A DNA stretch of 64,000 nucleotides from an uncultured Thermoleophilia bacterium. Lineage in GTDB: Bacteria > Actinomycetota > Thermoleophilia > UBA2241. The position numbers were made by a program, and so were the translations under genes. This document shows, one piece after another, positions 31,883 through 44,927 of this stretch; the first letter of the stretch is position 1, and each line of letters begins with the position of its first letter. The notes under the pieces are model-generated. The model did no database searches. It was not told the DNA's origin and saw only the letters and a program-made list of their open reading frames with translations. The DNA lies in the NCBI GenBank assembly GCA_963702475.1, contig CAVPCT010000004.1:96001-160000 (forward strand), written 5' to 3'.

Positions 31883-32783
31883 TGCCGCCTCCCTTCGCGG
31901 CCCTGGCCTGTGCCGCCTCGGCCATCTCGCTCAGGGCCGTCACGAACTCCCTGCGCTCGGCGTGATGGATGAGGCCGACGGGGTACTCGTCGTGGCGCCG
32001 CGACTCGCCTTCTTCGAACTCGCTCGCCGGCACGGCGCGCTCCTTCTGCACCTTGAGGAACTCCGCCGGGTCGGGAGTGAGGTTGAAGCGCCCGTAGTAC
32101 ACGGGGCACACGGCCATGGCCTCGACCATGCTGAAGCCCTTGTGGGCGATGCCGCCGGCGATCACGTCGACAAGCTGGCGGTAGCCCCAGGCGGTGCCGC
32201 GGGCGACGTAGGTCGCCCCCGCGGCGTGCGCCAGCTCGCAGAGGTCGAAGGCGGGCTCCACGTTGCCGTACACGCTCGTCGTCGACTTGTCGCCGGTGTG
32301 CGTGGTCGGGCTCATCTGCCCGCCGGTCATGCCGTAGATGGAGTTGTTGAACACCAGCGCGGTCACGTCGATGTTGCGCCGCGCCGCGTGGATGAAGTGG
32401 TTGCCGCCGATGGCCGAGCAGTCGCCGTCGCCCATGGCGACGATCACGTGCAGGTCCGGGTCGGCCGTCTTCACTCCCGTGGCGACGGCCAGGGCGCGCC
32501 CGTGGGCGGTGTGCACGGTCGAGTACTCGACGTACTGGGAGATGCGGCCGCTGCAGCCGATGCCTGCCACCACGACGACCTTGTCCGGGTCCAGGTCGAG
32601 GCCCAGGATCGCGTCGATGAGGGCGCGCGTGATGGTCCCGTTGGAGCACCCGGGGCACCAGATGGTGCGCGCGGTGCGCAGCCACGGTGTGATCTCGCTG
32701 GTCTTGTGGAGCTTGATGCGCGGCAGCTTGAAGTCGGCCTTCGGCTCCTGCTCCAGCTGCTCCTGGTCGACGAGGGCGCTCAT
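31875..32783 (-). CDS. korB: 2-oxoacid(2-oxoglutarate):ferredoxin oxidoreductase beta subunit
   Basis: WCPGC, GIGCS, HGRAL, GDGD..AIGGNHFIHAARRN, YGMTGGQ. Confidence 0.9.
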   Translation of the reverse strand: MSALVDQEQLEQEPKADFKLPRIKLHKTSEITPWLRTARTIWCPGCSNGTITRALIDAILGLDLDPDKVVVVAGIGCSGRISQYVEYSTVHTAHGRALAVATGVKTADPDLHVIVAMGDGDCSAIGGNHFIHAARRNIDVTALVFNNSIYGMTGGQMSPTTHTGDKSTTSVYGNVEPAFDLCELAHAAGATYVARGTAWGYRQLVDVIAGGIAHKGFSMVEAMAVCPVYYGRFNLTPDPAEFLKVQKERAVPASEFEEGESRRHDEYPVGLIHHAERREFVTALSEMAEAAQARAAKGGGNG

Positions 32784-33943
32784 GACGCCTCCCAATCCTG
32801 GTAGTAGTACTCCTTCTTGACGAGCTCTTTGATCTCGTCGGGCGTGATCAGCTTGCCGTCCACGCGCCCGTAGTCGACGACCTTGGCGCGCCCGCCGACC
32901 GCCGCCTGGACCTCCCAGCTCATCTGTTTGATGTTCATCTCGGGGACGATGACGGTGCGCACCTGATCGGCCATGCGCTCCACCGACCTGGTCGGGAACG
33001 GCCACAGGGTGATGGGACGGACCATCCCGAGCCGGACGCCTTGTGCGCGGGCCCACTTGACCACGGCCCGCGCCGAGCGGGAGACGCTGCCGTAGGCGAA
33101 GATCGCCACGTCGGCGTCGTGCATCTCGTAGTTCTCCACGCGCACGATGGCGTCGCGGTGGTGGTAGATCTTCTCGCGCAGGTAGCTGCCCAGATCGCTG
33201 GCGACCTCGGGGTCGCCGGTCTCGGGCGCGCCGCTGCGACGGTTGTAGACGAGGCCGGTGACGTGCACGCGGAAGGGCGAGCCGAGCGGCGGCCGCGGGA
33301 GGATGTTGTCGATGTCGCTCATCACGGTGTCGTACTCGTCGGGGTCGCAGTCGGGCAGGCCGCGCTCGGCGATGCGCAGGCTGCCCGGCTCCGGCAGCAC
33401 GACCGCCTCGCGCATGTGACCGACCAGCGCGTCCGAGAGGATGATCACCGGGGTGCGGTACTGCTCGGCCAGGTTGAAGGCCGCCACCGTGAGCGTGTAG
33501 CACTCGAGCACGCCGCTCGGGGCGAGGGCGATGATGGAGTGCTCGCCGTGCGTGCCCCAGCGGGCCTGCATCACGTCGCCCTGGGCGGGCTCCGTGGGCA
33601 GGCCCGTGGAGGGCCCGCCGCGCATCACGTCGACGATGACGCAGGGGATCTGCGCCATGGTGGCGAAGCCGATCATCTCCTGCATCAGGCTGAAGCCCGG
33701 GCCGGAGGTCGCGGTGAGCGCCTTCTTGCCGGCCAGGCTGGCGCCGCAGACGGCGGCGATGGAGGCGATCTCGTCCTCCATCTGGATGAAGCGGCCGCCG
33801 ACCTCGGGCATGCGCCTGGCGAGCCGCTCGGCGATCTCGGTGGACGGGGTGATGGGGTAGCCGGCGAAGAAGCGCGCGCCGGCGGCTATGGCGCCCTCGG
33901 CGACCGCCTCGTTGCCCTGCAGCAGGATGGGTGTCCCGGCCAT
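32780..33943 (-). CDS. korA: 2-oxoacid(2-oxoglutarate):ferredoxin oxidoreductase alpha subunit
   Basis: GNEA, GYPITPSTE, QMEDE, TATSGPGFSLMQE, MRGGPSTG. Confidence 0.9.
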   Translation of the reverse strand: MAGTPILLQGNEAVAEGAIAAGARFFAGYPITPSTEIAERLARRMPEVGGRFIQMEDEIASIAAVCGASLAGKKALTATSGPGFSLMQEMIGFATMAQIPCVIVDVMRGGPSTGLPTEPAQGDVMQARWGTHGEHSIIALAPSGVLECYTLTVAAFNLAEQYRTPVIILSDALVGHMREAVVLPEPGSLRIAERGLPDCDPDEYDTVMSDIDNILPRPPLGSPFRVHVTGLVYNRRSGAPETGDPEVASDLGSYLREKIYHHRDAIVRVENYEMHDADVAIFAYGSVSRSARAVVKWARAQGVRLGMVRPITLWPFPTRSVERMADQVRTVIVPEMNIKQMSWEVQAAVGGRAKVVDYGRVDGKLITPDEIKELVKKEYYYQDWEAS

Positions 33944-33944
33944 G

Positions 33945-34306
33945 TCAGTGCTCCTCGTGGTCGGTGGTGCACCGGTGCTGGTCGCCGGTGACCTCGGCCG
34001 CCTTCTCGCCCTTGGCCCCGGCCAGCGCCGCGTACACGCGCCCGGCGTCGTCGCTCGGCTCCTCGGCGGCCTGAGTATCCTCGGCGGCGCCCTTCTTCTC
34101 CCGGCGCCGCACCTCGATGGCGAAGTCGGGGCAGTGCAGCTCGCACAGCAGGCACATGGTGCAGTCGTCCGGGCGCGCCACCACGGCCTCACCCATCTCG
34201 GCGGCGTCGAACACGTGCGTGGGGCACAGCTCGATGCAGATGCCGCACGCCTTGCAGAGGCTCGCGTCGAGCTGCACGGGGGACTCCTGCACGCTTGGCT
34301 TGCCGC

Positions 34307-34310
<4 letters not shown>
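33945..34310 (-). CDS. korD: 2x[4Fe-4S] ferredoxin (delta subunit)
   Basis: [12 protein letters not shown] and [16 protein letters not shown]. Confidence 0.88.
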
Positions 34311-35990
<1,680 letters not shown>

Positions 35991-36472
35991 TTCCGGCCTC
36001 GCCTCTTTCACGGTCGCTTTCCTGCACGCCGCTGCGCGGCGTCTGTCTCTCTCTTCGACTGTAGTACGCGCGCGCGGACGAGCCACCCGCAGGCGTCGTG
36101 GCGTCCCACATGCTGCACCGATTCTCCACCAATTGGGCTGTGGGCGCGCCCGGACGCCTCGCCCCGGGTGCGACCGTGCTCACACGGTGACTCGGGTGGC
36201 GCAGTGCCGACCGACGCACGGGGCACCAGGGCTGTGAAGGTGTTCGAGAAAGCCGCATACGCGTTCACCCCGGCATCACCCGCAAGGGCCCCTGTGACTG
36301 CCGTCAGAAGCAATGGGTGTTCTCTCCACTGCCAGAATGCTGTACTTTGTACTCTCGAACATACATGTATTCCCGTATCGCGGAATCGTGACCGCTGTCG
36401 ATACCGACTCGGACTCGGTGACCAGTGGCAACGCCGCACTGGAGGGATGTGATGGGTCAGCCTTCGGCATCG

Positions 36473-37349
36473 ATGGAAAACGGGCGCAACACCAGCTCGG
36501 CAGCACGCACGCTGGACATCCTTCAGTTCCTCGCGTGCCGCACCCATCCGGTGTCGGCGACCGTCATCGAAGCTGCCTGTGGCATACCTCGGTCGACGGC
36601 CTATACGCTGCTCAATCTGCTGAAGGAACGACGCTTCGTCACGTACTGGCGGGGAGAGCGTTGCTGGAGCGTGGGTCCGGCGACGTCCGAGCTGAGCACG
36701 ACAGCACCGCTGTTCGTCCACGGGCTTGGCGGTGCTGCGCGCGTTTGCGGCCACGAGAAGCAGCCTGTCGACGCGGGACATCGCCCAGCGAGCTCGGCTT
36801 TCCCAATCCACGGCAAGCTCGGGTCGTAGAGCTCCTCGTCACCAGCGACTTGCTTCACGAGGAAGCTGGTGGACGGTACTCCTTGGGGCTCGAGCTCGTG
36901 AGTCTCGCCTCGAGGTCGGGTGGGTCGATCGCCTGCGGATCATGTGTCATCCCCACCTCATCCGACTGCGGGACGCCACGCAGGAGACAGCCAACCTCGT
37001 CCTGCTCGACGGCGACCACGCTCTCTACATCGACCAGATCGAAAGCCGATACTCGCTCCGTCACAGCGGCTGGGTGGGACGAAGGGTCCCGCTCCAGGAC
37101 ACAGCAGTGGGCGCCGCGTTCGCGGACCGCTCGAAGGCACACGTCGCCGCGGACAAAGTCGAGATGGGCGTGACCGGCATAGTCCAGGCGCTTGCACTCT
37201 CAGAGGGCGATGCGGCCGTCAGTGTCTCCGGTCCCACTTGGCGCCTCAAGGAGTTTGGACTAAGTCGAGCGCGCCAGATGGTCGAGGCGGTGGCAAGAGA
37301 GACTGCGATGCGTGTAGACCGAGAGCGGGCGGAGCGAGTCGCTCGATAG
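36473..37349 (+). CDS. IclR-family regulator with tandem HTH domains, divergent from hutU (several frameshifts)
   Basis: RTLDILQFL..IPRSTAYTLL / second HTH RDIAQRARL / RLRDATQETANL, YIDQIES; colinear with 52246-53133. Confidence 0.8.
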
Positions 37350-37513
37350 CCTGACAACCTGAACCACGTCGGACGCCGCTCCCGCTGTCTCCTGGGATGC
37401 CACGAGACCTGACAGACCAGCCTGGCCGGCTGGCCCGGAGCGAACGGCCGTCGGACCTGGTTCTGCAGCTTCGATAGAGTCAGAAGGGATCGCGGCAAGG
37501 CCCGTGTCTTCGA

Positions 37514-38475
37514 TCAGCCGACCCGCGTCGCAAGTTCCCGTCGCAGTTCAAGGACTCTGACGAGGAACTCGTCCCGAAGCGTCCTCGAGCTCGCGAAGGC
37601 TGCGACCGGCCGTCTGCCGGTCGGTCTGCCGCTCGAGCTTGCTCGATGAGTTCCGGCGTGAGCGCCGGACACGTGTTGTACGACCAGTCCGCGGTGCGCG
37701 CCGGGTCGAACTGGCGAAGCGCCGAGGCCAGACCAGCATCACCGCCCTGCATCCAGTAGATCATCGCGGGGCCGAGGAGGGCGTACCGGAGACCCTGGCC
37801 ATCCCTCATGGCCACGTCGATCTCTTCCGTCGTCGCCACGTCTTCGTCGATGAGGTGGAACATCTCGCAGTAGACCGCCTCGAGCAGTCTGCTGCCGATG
37901 TAGCCGGGAATCTCGCGGCGCACGTGCAACGGGGTCTTGCCGAGTCGACGATAGAAGGCCATGGCCGTCTGCACAGCCACATCTGACGTCGACCGACCGC
38001 CCACGACCTCAACAAGGGGAACGATGTGGGCGGGGTTGAAGGGATGGCAGACGAGGACGCGTTCTGGTCTGCCACATCTCTTCTGGAGAGCGCTGGGGAT
38101 GATGCCCGATGAACTCGACGCGATGACGCACGCCGCGGGACTTGCCGTGTCTATCTCCGCCAGCAGATCGGCCTTGAGCTCCTCGTCGTCCGGCGCACAC
38201 TCCATGACGAAGTCGGCTTCGGCGACCGCCCCGTGAAGCGCCTGGTGGAAGGCGAGGTCGTCCGGCGAGACATCGGGCGCCATGCCCACGCGACTGAGCA
38301 TCGGCCACACGCGCCGCACTGTTTCCCGAAGCCTCTCCTCTGCCCCGGGGGCCGGGTCGCTCGCTGTCACGCTCAAGCCCTTCGCAAGGAGAAGTGCCGC
38401 GAGGCGCGAGCCGATCAACCCCGTGCCCACGACCGCCACCCGGCCGATATGCTGCGCGTCATCTCCGCTCGCCAT
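37514..38475 (-). CDS. L-carnitine dehydrogenase-like 3-hydroxyacyl dehydrogenase (C-terminal frameshifts)
   Basis: VVGTGLIG, DPAPGAE, IASSSSG, HPFNP..VPLVEVVGG, GLRYALLGP; end rebuilt as RDEFLVRVLELRRELATRVG*. Confidence 0.8.
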
Positions 38476-38521
38476 CACGCCTCCTTCACACCCCGTCCCG
38501 CACTGATATGCGCCGGCAGGC

Positions 38522-41069
38522 TCACTCCGGGAACCACTCCTCGCCGTAGTGCTCGCCCCTGCTGACGGCACCTTCGGCCAGGAGCTGCTCGATCTCCACG
38601 TCGCCGTAGCCGAGCTCGCGCAGGATCTCGACCGTCTGAGCGCCGTAGGACGGAGCAGGCCCAGGAATCAGCGTGCGCCGCCCCTGGTAGATGACCGCGT
38701 TCGGCGCCACCATGTCGACGGTGTGTCCGGACGGATGGTCCTCGTGCCGGATGAACAGCGGCCGTCCCGAGGTCACCAGGCCGGCGGCGGCGGCCTCAGA
38801 GACGAGATACTCGTCTCGCACGGCCGCCATCGACGTGACATGAGCGACTCCGACGCCGGCTGACATTCAGGATCTCCACCCACTCCGCCGCCGGGCGCTC
38901 GAGGAAACGCTCCTCCAAGAGAGCCTCAAGCATCGCGTCGGCCTTCTCCGCCTCCTGTCCTCGGGCGCGTGTCGGACCGTGGCCGAGAAGCTCCGGGGCC
39001 ACCTCAGGAAGGTCGGCGAACTGGGGCAAGCTGCGAAGATCGACGAATTGGTCCCGGCGCAGACCGATGAAGATCCAGCCGTCCGAGGCGCGATAGAGCC
39101 GGTAGAGGGCGTGCTCGCCCTTCGCCTCCGGCCCCGACGGCTCGTCGAAAGGCTGCCGCCCCTCGAAGTCGTACATGAGGGGCAGCTGGAGGAACTGGGC
39201 CGTCGCGGCCAAGCTGGTCTCCACGTGGGTGAACGCCCCGCGCCTCTCTGCAGCGTGGATCCCGACCAGAGCGGCGAAGGCGCCGAGATAGCCGGCCATC
39301 ATGTCGACGGTGCCGAGATGGGCGTGCTCCTCGGGCGTCTGCAGCGATCCACCGAACCGTGCCATGATTCCCGTCGCTGCCTGGGCGAGATCGTCGAATC
39401 CAAGCTCATCTGAGCGTGGACCGGGCCGGGGCCCGCCGAAGCCCGTGAACTGCACGAAGACGAGCTCGGGCTTGATCGACGACAACGACTCGACGGTCCA
39501 GACCGAGCCCGGGCAACTGCCGATCTGGTCCATTGAAGACGACGGCGTCAGCGGTCTTGACGAGGCGTGCGAACACCTCGCGGCCCCGCGGCTGACGAAT
39601 ATCGACCAGGACACTCCGCTTTCCGCAATTGCACTGCACGGCGAACATGTACGTGCAACTCTGGTCGAATCTGGGCTCGATGACGTCAAGCTTGATGACC
39701 TCGGCGCCGAAGCGTGTCAGCGTCGAGGTGATCGTCGGTCCGGCGATGACGTTGGTCAGGTCAAGGAACCGCAGGCCCGTCAGGGGCGAGGTCTGCGCGG
39801 CGGCGGCAGTCGACGGCCTGGGCCGCGTCCCCTGGGACCGCTCGGAGGCAGCCCCAGGGCGGATCTGGGAACCGCCCGCATCGGCGCTCTCGAGCCACGC
39901 GTGCGGGCCCTGATGAAGCATGCGGCCAAAAGGCGTCGCCGCGGCCTCCGTCACGAGGCCCGAAGCAATCGCGTGGTCGCTGTGGAGCCACTCCTGCGTC
40001 GTCATCTGCGGACAGCCGGGGGCGTGCCGCTCGCGGAACAGACGGTGCCACTCCTCGCTCGAGCGCTGGGCGAGACGCCGGCGGACAAGCGGGCGGATGC
40101 GATCCGCCCAGCGCTTCGACAGCGGATAGGCGTAGAGTGAGCCGCCCTCGGGATCTGCCCAGGTCGAGGATGGTGAGTACGGGTCCTCGAAAGGAAGACC
40201 ATCCGCCACGAGTTCGTCCCAGACGCCAAGGAGCCGCAACGTGCGCTCGGCGTGGCCGCGATGCCCGGGGGCGCAGACGTAGAACGGGCGACTATCGCTG
40301 CAACAGGTAGTTCTCGTAGAGCGGGTCGATGTACTCCCCCAGCTCTTCATAGCTCATGCGAGAGCGGGATCCCCTGCTCTTCGCGCCGGGCTATCTCACG
40401 TTCACGATGTGAGCGAAAACGGTCCGGCAGCCCGTGGATGTGCACGGTGCTGTAGACAAGGCTCTCGAGCACCGCGAGAGCGAGCGGTACTTCGATGATC
40501 TCGCCACGTCCATCGCGTTCTCTGGCATGAAGCGCAGCCATGACCGCGACCGCGGCAAGGGCGGCGGCGTTCGTCGAAGCGACAGGAAGCGGCGTGTAGC
40601 TGGGGATGATGCCACGCAGCTTGCGGTTGAGCCCCATGTCCGTGGACATCCCGAGCACCGCCGAGATCACGCCCTCCCACGCCGGCAGGCCCGCATGCTC
40701 TTCGTCCCTGGCGGAGAACCCGGGCAGAGACAGGTAGATGAGAGCAGGGTCGTCCGCGGTGAGGTCTTCGGCGCCGAGCCCCAACCGCCGCATGACGCCC
40801 GGGCGGAAGTTCTCGATGAGGACGTCGGCCCGGCGGATGAGGTCCCGCGCCTGCGTACGTCCACGCTCGGACTTCAGGTCGAGCTCGACGACCTTCTTGC
40901 CGCGGTTGAGGACCGCGTTCGCCGGATCCTTCCACAGCGGTCCGCCCGGCGGATCGACGTGCACGACGCGGGCGCCCTGGTCGGCCAGCATGAGGGCGAC
41001 CGCCGGACCGGCGACGTACTGCCCGAAGTCGACGACGCTGACGTCGCTCAGCGGTCCGTCAGCGGTCAT
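38522..41069 (-). CDS. DddD-like tandem-domain class III (CaiB/BaiF) CoA transferase (about 4 frameshifts)
   Basis: Two CaiB starts (DFGQYVAGP; LDLTNVIAGP) plus PANAVLNRGK, TDMGLNR, HAERTLRLLG, GFDD..QA..GIMARFG, PEEHAHLGT, DHPSGH; ORF pieces 40347-41087, 39406-40350, 38796-39689, 38522-38866. Confidence 0.8.
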
Positions 41070-41179
41070 TGTCCACCTCCAGGCCACCTGTCGGCATCGT
41101 CCTCAAGCCGGGCGCCGACCCACGTTCGCGGTACCAGGCACGGCGGTCCTTCCATTCTCCCGAAGGCTCTTGCCGCACG

Positions 41180-42052
41180 TCACTGAGGCGGAATGCCGAG
41201 CATGTCGCGAGCCTCGTCCACCGAAGCCGCTCGTGCGCCCAGGCGCTCGATGATCTCGATGGCGCGCGTCACGAGCTGTCCATTCGTGGCCGGCACGCCC
41301 TTCTCCAGGTAGAGGTTGTCCTCGAGGCCCACGCGCACGTTGCCCCCGAGGAGCACGGCCTGAGCGACCACCGGCATCTGCGCACGTGGAGATGCCACAG
41401 GCACTCCAGACTGCCCCCGCGGGCAGAGCATCGACCATGGCCAGCATCGTCTGTGCGGTCGCAGGGGCCCCAAAGGGCAGGCCGAGGACGAACTGGACCC
41501 ACGGTGGCCGTTCCAGGACGCCCGCTTCAGGAGAGTCGTGACGATGCTGAGCCCCGACAGGTCGAAGGCCTCCAGTTCGGGCTTGATGTGCAGCCGCAGG
41601 AGACGCTCAGCCATCCGCCGACACATCTGCGGCGTGTAGATGTTGACATCACGATCGGAGAACACAGCCGTCCCCAGATCGAGCGAGCAGATGTCGGGCA
41701 GAAGTTCCTCCGCATGGGCGATCCTCTCCAGGGCCGGGATCAGGACCGTACCCTCGGCGTACTCGGAGAGGTCGTCGTCGTCGAAGTAGACCTCGCCGCC
41801 CATGCCGCCCGTCAGGTTGATGAGCACATCGACGTTGCTGGCGCGCACCCGCTCGACGACCGTGCGGTAGTGCCCGGTCTCCAGGGAAGGAACGCCGGTC
41901 TCGGGGTCACGGACGTGGATGTGGACGATCGCGGCGCCTGCCTCAGCCGCCTGAATAGCGGCGTCGGCGATGGCGTCTGGCCCGACCGGTCGATGCCGAA
42001 CGGGCATCCCGGCACCAGTCACCGCACAGGACACGATCACGGTGTCACGCAT
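41180..42052 (-). CDS. Beta-keto acid cleavage enzyme (BKACE/DUF849; dehydrocarnitine cleavage-like), internal compensating frameshifts
   Basis: VSCAVTGAG, AGAAIVHIHVRDP, INLTGG, PDICSLD, KPELEAFD, GGNVRVGLEDN. Confidence 0.88.
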   Translation of the reverse strand: MRDTVIVSCAVTGAGMPVRHRPVGPDAIADAAIQAAEAGAAIVHIHVRDPETGVPSLETGHYRTVVERVRASNVDVLINLTGGMGGEVYFDDDDLSEYAEGTVLIPALERIAHAEELLPDICSLDLGTAVFSDRDVNIYTPQMCRRMAERLLRLHIKPELEAFDLSGLSIVTTLLKRASWNGHRGSSSSSACPLGPLRPHRRCWPWSMLCPRGQSGVPVASPRAQMPVVAQAVLLGGNVRVGLEDNLYLEKGVPATNGQLVTRAIEIIERLGARAASVDEARDMLGIPPQ

Positions 42053-42175
42053 CGGTCGACTTCCTTTCGGATCGCATCTCTGCCCGGGGACTGAGGGTCG
42101 AGGCGCACTTCACGAGGTGCCCGTGTCGCTGAGGCGGGCGGCCGGACACGCGGGAGCCCTCGTCCGCCGCTCTCA

Positions 42176-42796
42176 TCACTCCCCCACCTCCCGGCCGGCG
42201 GCGAACGCCGCCAGGTTCAGCTCGTACCAGCTCTTCGGGACGTTGCGGGCGATGGCCTGCCGCCAGGTCTCGACCGCGAACGGCAGGTGCGTGGAGAGCG
42301 CGCCGACGAGCACGATGCCGGCCACCTTGAGGTCGCCGACCTCGAGCGCCACGGCGTTGCCGTCGACGACCACGACGTCGTGGCCGGCCGCGGCCATGCG
42401 CGCGGCCGCGTCGAACGGGTAGGTGTGCTCGCCCTGCGAGGCCAGGGGCGGCACGATCTGCTGGGTGTTGACGATGGCCACGCCGTCGGGCGTGAGCGCC
42501 GGCGCGGCGCGCAGCCCCTCGGCCGCCTCGAAGGCCAGCAGGTAGTCCACTTCGCCGGGGCTGATGCTCGGCGCGACCACCCGCTTGCCGATGCGGATGT
42601 GCGAGCTCACGCTGCCGCCGCGCTGGCTCATGCCGCGGGTCTCGCTGAGCTTGACCTCGAGGCCGCCGTTGAGCAGCGCCGCGTCGGCGACGACGGCGGC
42701 GGCCACGATCACGCCCTGGCCGCCGACGCCCACGACCATGATGTCGTCGACCACGCCGGGGGCGTAGTGCAGGGCGCAGGCGTTCGGGGCGCTCAT
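42176..42796 (-). CDS. iorB: Indolepyruvate:ferredoxin oxidoreductase beta subunit
   Basis: GVGGQG, SETRGMSQRGGSV, AFEAAEGLR. Confidence 0.88.
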   Translation of the reverse strand: MSAPNACALHYAPGVVDDIMVVGVGGQGVIVAAAVVADAALLNGGLEVKLSETRGMSQRGGSVSSHIRIGKRVVAPSISPGEVDYLLAFEAAEGLRAAPALTPDGVAIVNTQQIVPPLASQGEHTYPFDAAARMAAAGHDVVVVDGNAVALEVGDLKVAGIVLVGALSTHLPFAVETWRQAIARNVPKSWYELNLAAFAAGREVGE

Positions 42797-44686
42797 GCCA
42801 CGCCCGCCTTCGTGATGGCGCCGGGCTTGCAGAGCTGCGCGCAGAGCGAGCAGCCGGTGCAGGTCTCGGCGTCGATGGCCACCTTGTGGCGGCTCTTGTG
42901 CGTGGCCTCAACGTGCCGCAGCGAGGGGCAGCCGAGCTGCAGGCACTGCTGGCAGGCGTTGCAGAGCGCCTCGTCGACCGCGTAGGGCTCGCCGGAGAGC
43001 TTGGCCGGGAAGAGCATGCAGGGGCGCGTCGTGATGAGCACGGCCGGGCCCTCGAAGGCGAGAGCGGCCCGCAGTGCCTGCAGGCAGGCCCCGTAGTCGT
43101 AGGGGTCGACGTGCACGACGTGCTCGACGCCGAGGGCGCGGCAGATGACGGCGATGTCGACGGGCTTCGTCTCCGCGCCGGCGAGGGTCTGCTCGTTGCC
43201 GGGGTTGGTCTGGCCGCCGGTCATGGCGGTGATGCGGTTGTCCTGGATGAGCACGGTCACGTTGGTGCGCTGGTGGACGGCGTTCAGCAGCCCCGTGAGG
43301 CCGCTGTGCAGGAAGGTGGAGTCGCCGATCACGGCGATGGAGCCCTTCTCGCTGCCCCCGGCGCGCCTGAAGCCCTGCTCGAGGGGGATGCTGGCGCCCA
43401 TCTCGAAGGCCGAGTGCATGTGGCAGACCGGCGGCAGCGTGGTGAGGTCGTAGCAGCCGATGTCGCCGTGCACGTCGAGGTCGAGCTTCTTCATCGCCGT
43501 GGCCATGCCGCGGTGCGGGCAGCCGCTGCACAGCACGGGCGGCCGCGGGATGACTGTGACGTCCTCCGCGGCCTTCTCCTCGGCCCAGCGCGGCAGGTCG
43601 AGGCCGGCCTCGAAGAAGCCCCGGCCGACACGCACGGCGGTCAGCTCGCCCCACTGCGGGAACCACTGCTTGCCCTCGCAGGCGATGCCGGCGGCGAGGA
43701 GCTGCTCCTCGAGGTACGGCTCGAGCTCCTCGACCACGAACAGGCGGTCGACCGTCGCGGCGAAGCGGCGGATGACCTCGAGGGGCAGCGGCTGGATCAT
43801 GCCGAGCTTGAGGAAGCGGGCGTCGGGCAGGGCCTCCTTGGCCGAGACGTAGGCGGCGCCGGCGCTGAGCACGCCGATGCGCGCCGCGCCGCCGCCCTGG
43901 AGCGCGACCAGGCCGGCGCCTGCGGCGCCGGCCCCGGCCTCGACGCGCGCCAGCTCGCCGGTGAGCGCCGTCGCCTCGGCGTACTGCCGCAGGCGCTCGA
44001 CGCGTTCCAGCAGGCTGCGGTGCAGCGGGCGCGAGAAGCGCGGCAGCAGGCTGTACTTCGCGGTGATGCGGTGCGGCGGCTTGCGCTCCGGCGGCGTGAC
44101 GGCGCAGGCGCGCGCGGGTCGCCGTCGCCGCGCGGCCGCGGCCGTCCGCGCCGTCCTCGTCGTCCGCGCCGATGCGCACGAGCGACTTCTGGTGCGCCGT
44201 CTGGATGCTGAGGCGCACCATCACCGGCACGTCGAACTGCTCGCTGATCTCGAAGGCCAGGCGGGTGTACTCGTAGCACTCCTGGCTGTCGGCCGGCTCC
44301 AGCATCGGCATGCTGCTCATGCGGCCGAAGTAGCGGTCGTCCTGCTCGGTCATGCCGCTGGCCATGCCGGGGTCGCCGGCGAGGCAGACGACGAGGCCGC
44401 CGTTGACGCCCGTGTACACGGAGCTGATGAGCGGGTCGGCGGCCACGCTGGCGCCGGCGCTCTTCATCGCCGTGAGGGCGCGGGCGCCGCCCATGGAGGC
44501 CCCGAACGCCACCTCGTAGGCGACCTTCTCGTTGGTGGACCACTCGGCGTAGACGCCGTCGTAGCGCGCCAGGCTGGTGACGATCTCGGTGCTGGGCGTG
44601 CCGGGGTAGGCCGCCGCCACCTGCACGCCCGCCTCCCAGGCGCCGCGCGCCACGGCCTCGTTGCCCAGCATCAGGTGCGTTTCCAT
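42793..44686 (-). CDS. iorA: Indolepyruvate:ferredoxin oxidoreductase alpha subunit (frameshift near 44120)
   Basis: LGNEAVARG, YPGTPSTE, NEKVA / PPVLCSGCPHR, GDIGCY, IGDSTF.HSG, TAMTGGQ, C-terminal ferredoxin. Confidence 0.9.
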
Positions 44687-44927
44687 GCAGTCCCTCGCGG
44701 TCGAAGTCCGAGTAGCTGCCGGCTCCCGGCAGACACAGGTTCAGTCTGGCGGGGACGATGCGGGTGGCGGGGCCTTCGGCGCGGTATTCCGCCCCGTCGG
44801 ACGATTCCGAAGGGCGCGGAGCACATCAAGTCCGAAATGGTGGCCTGGATGCTCGTCAGAATGTGCACCGTCAGACGCCGTTGAGCGCCCCACGCCGAAG
44901 ATCTGGCGCAACCATCGGCGCCCTCTG

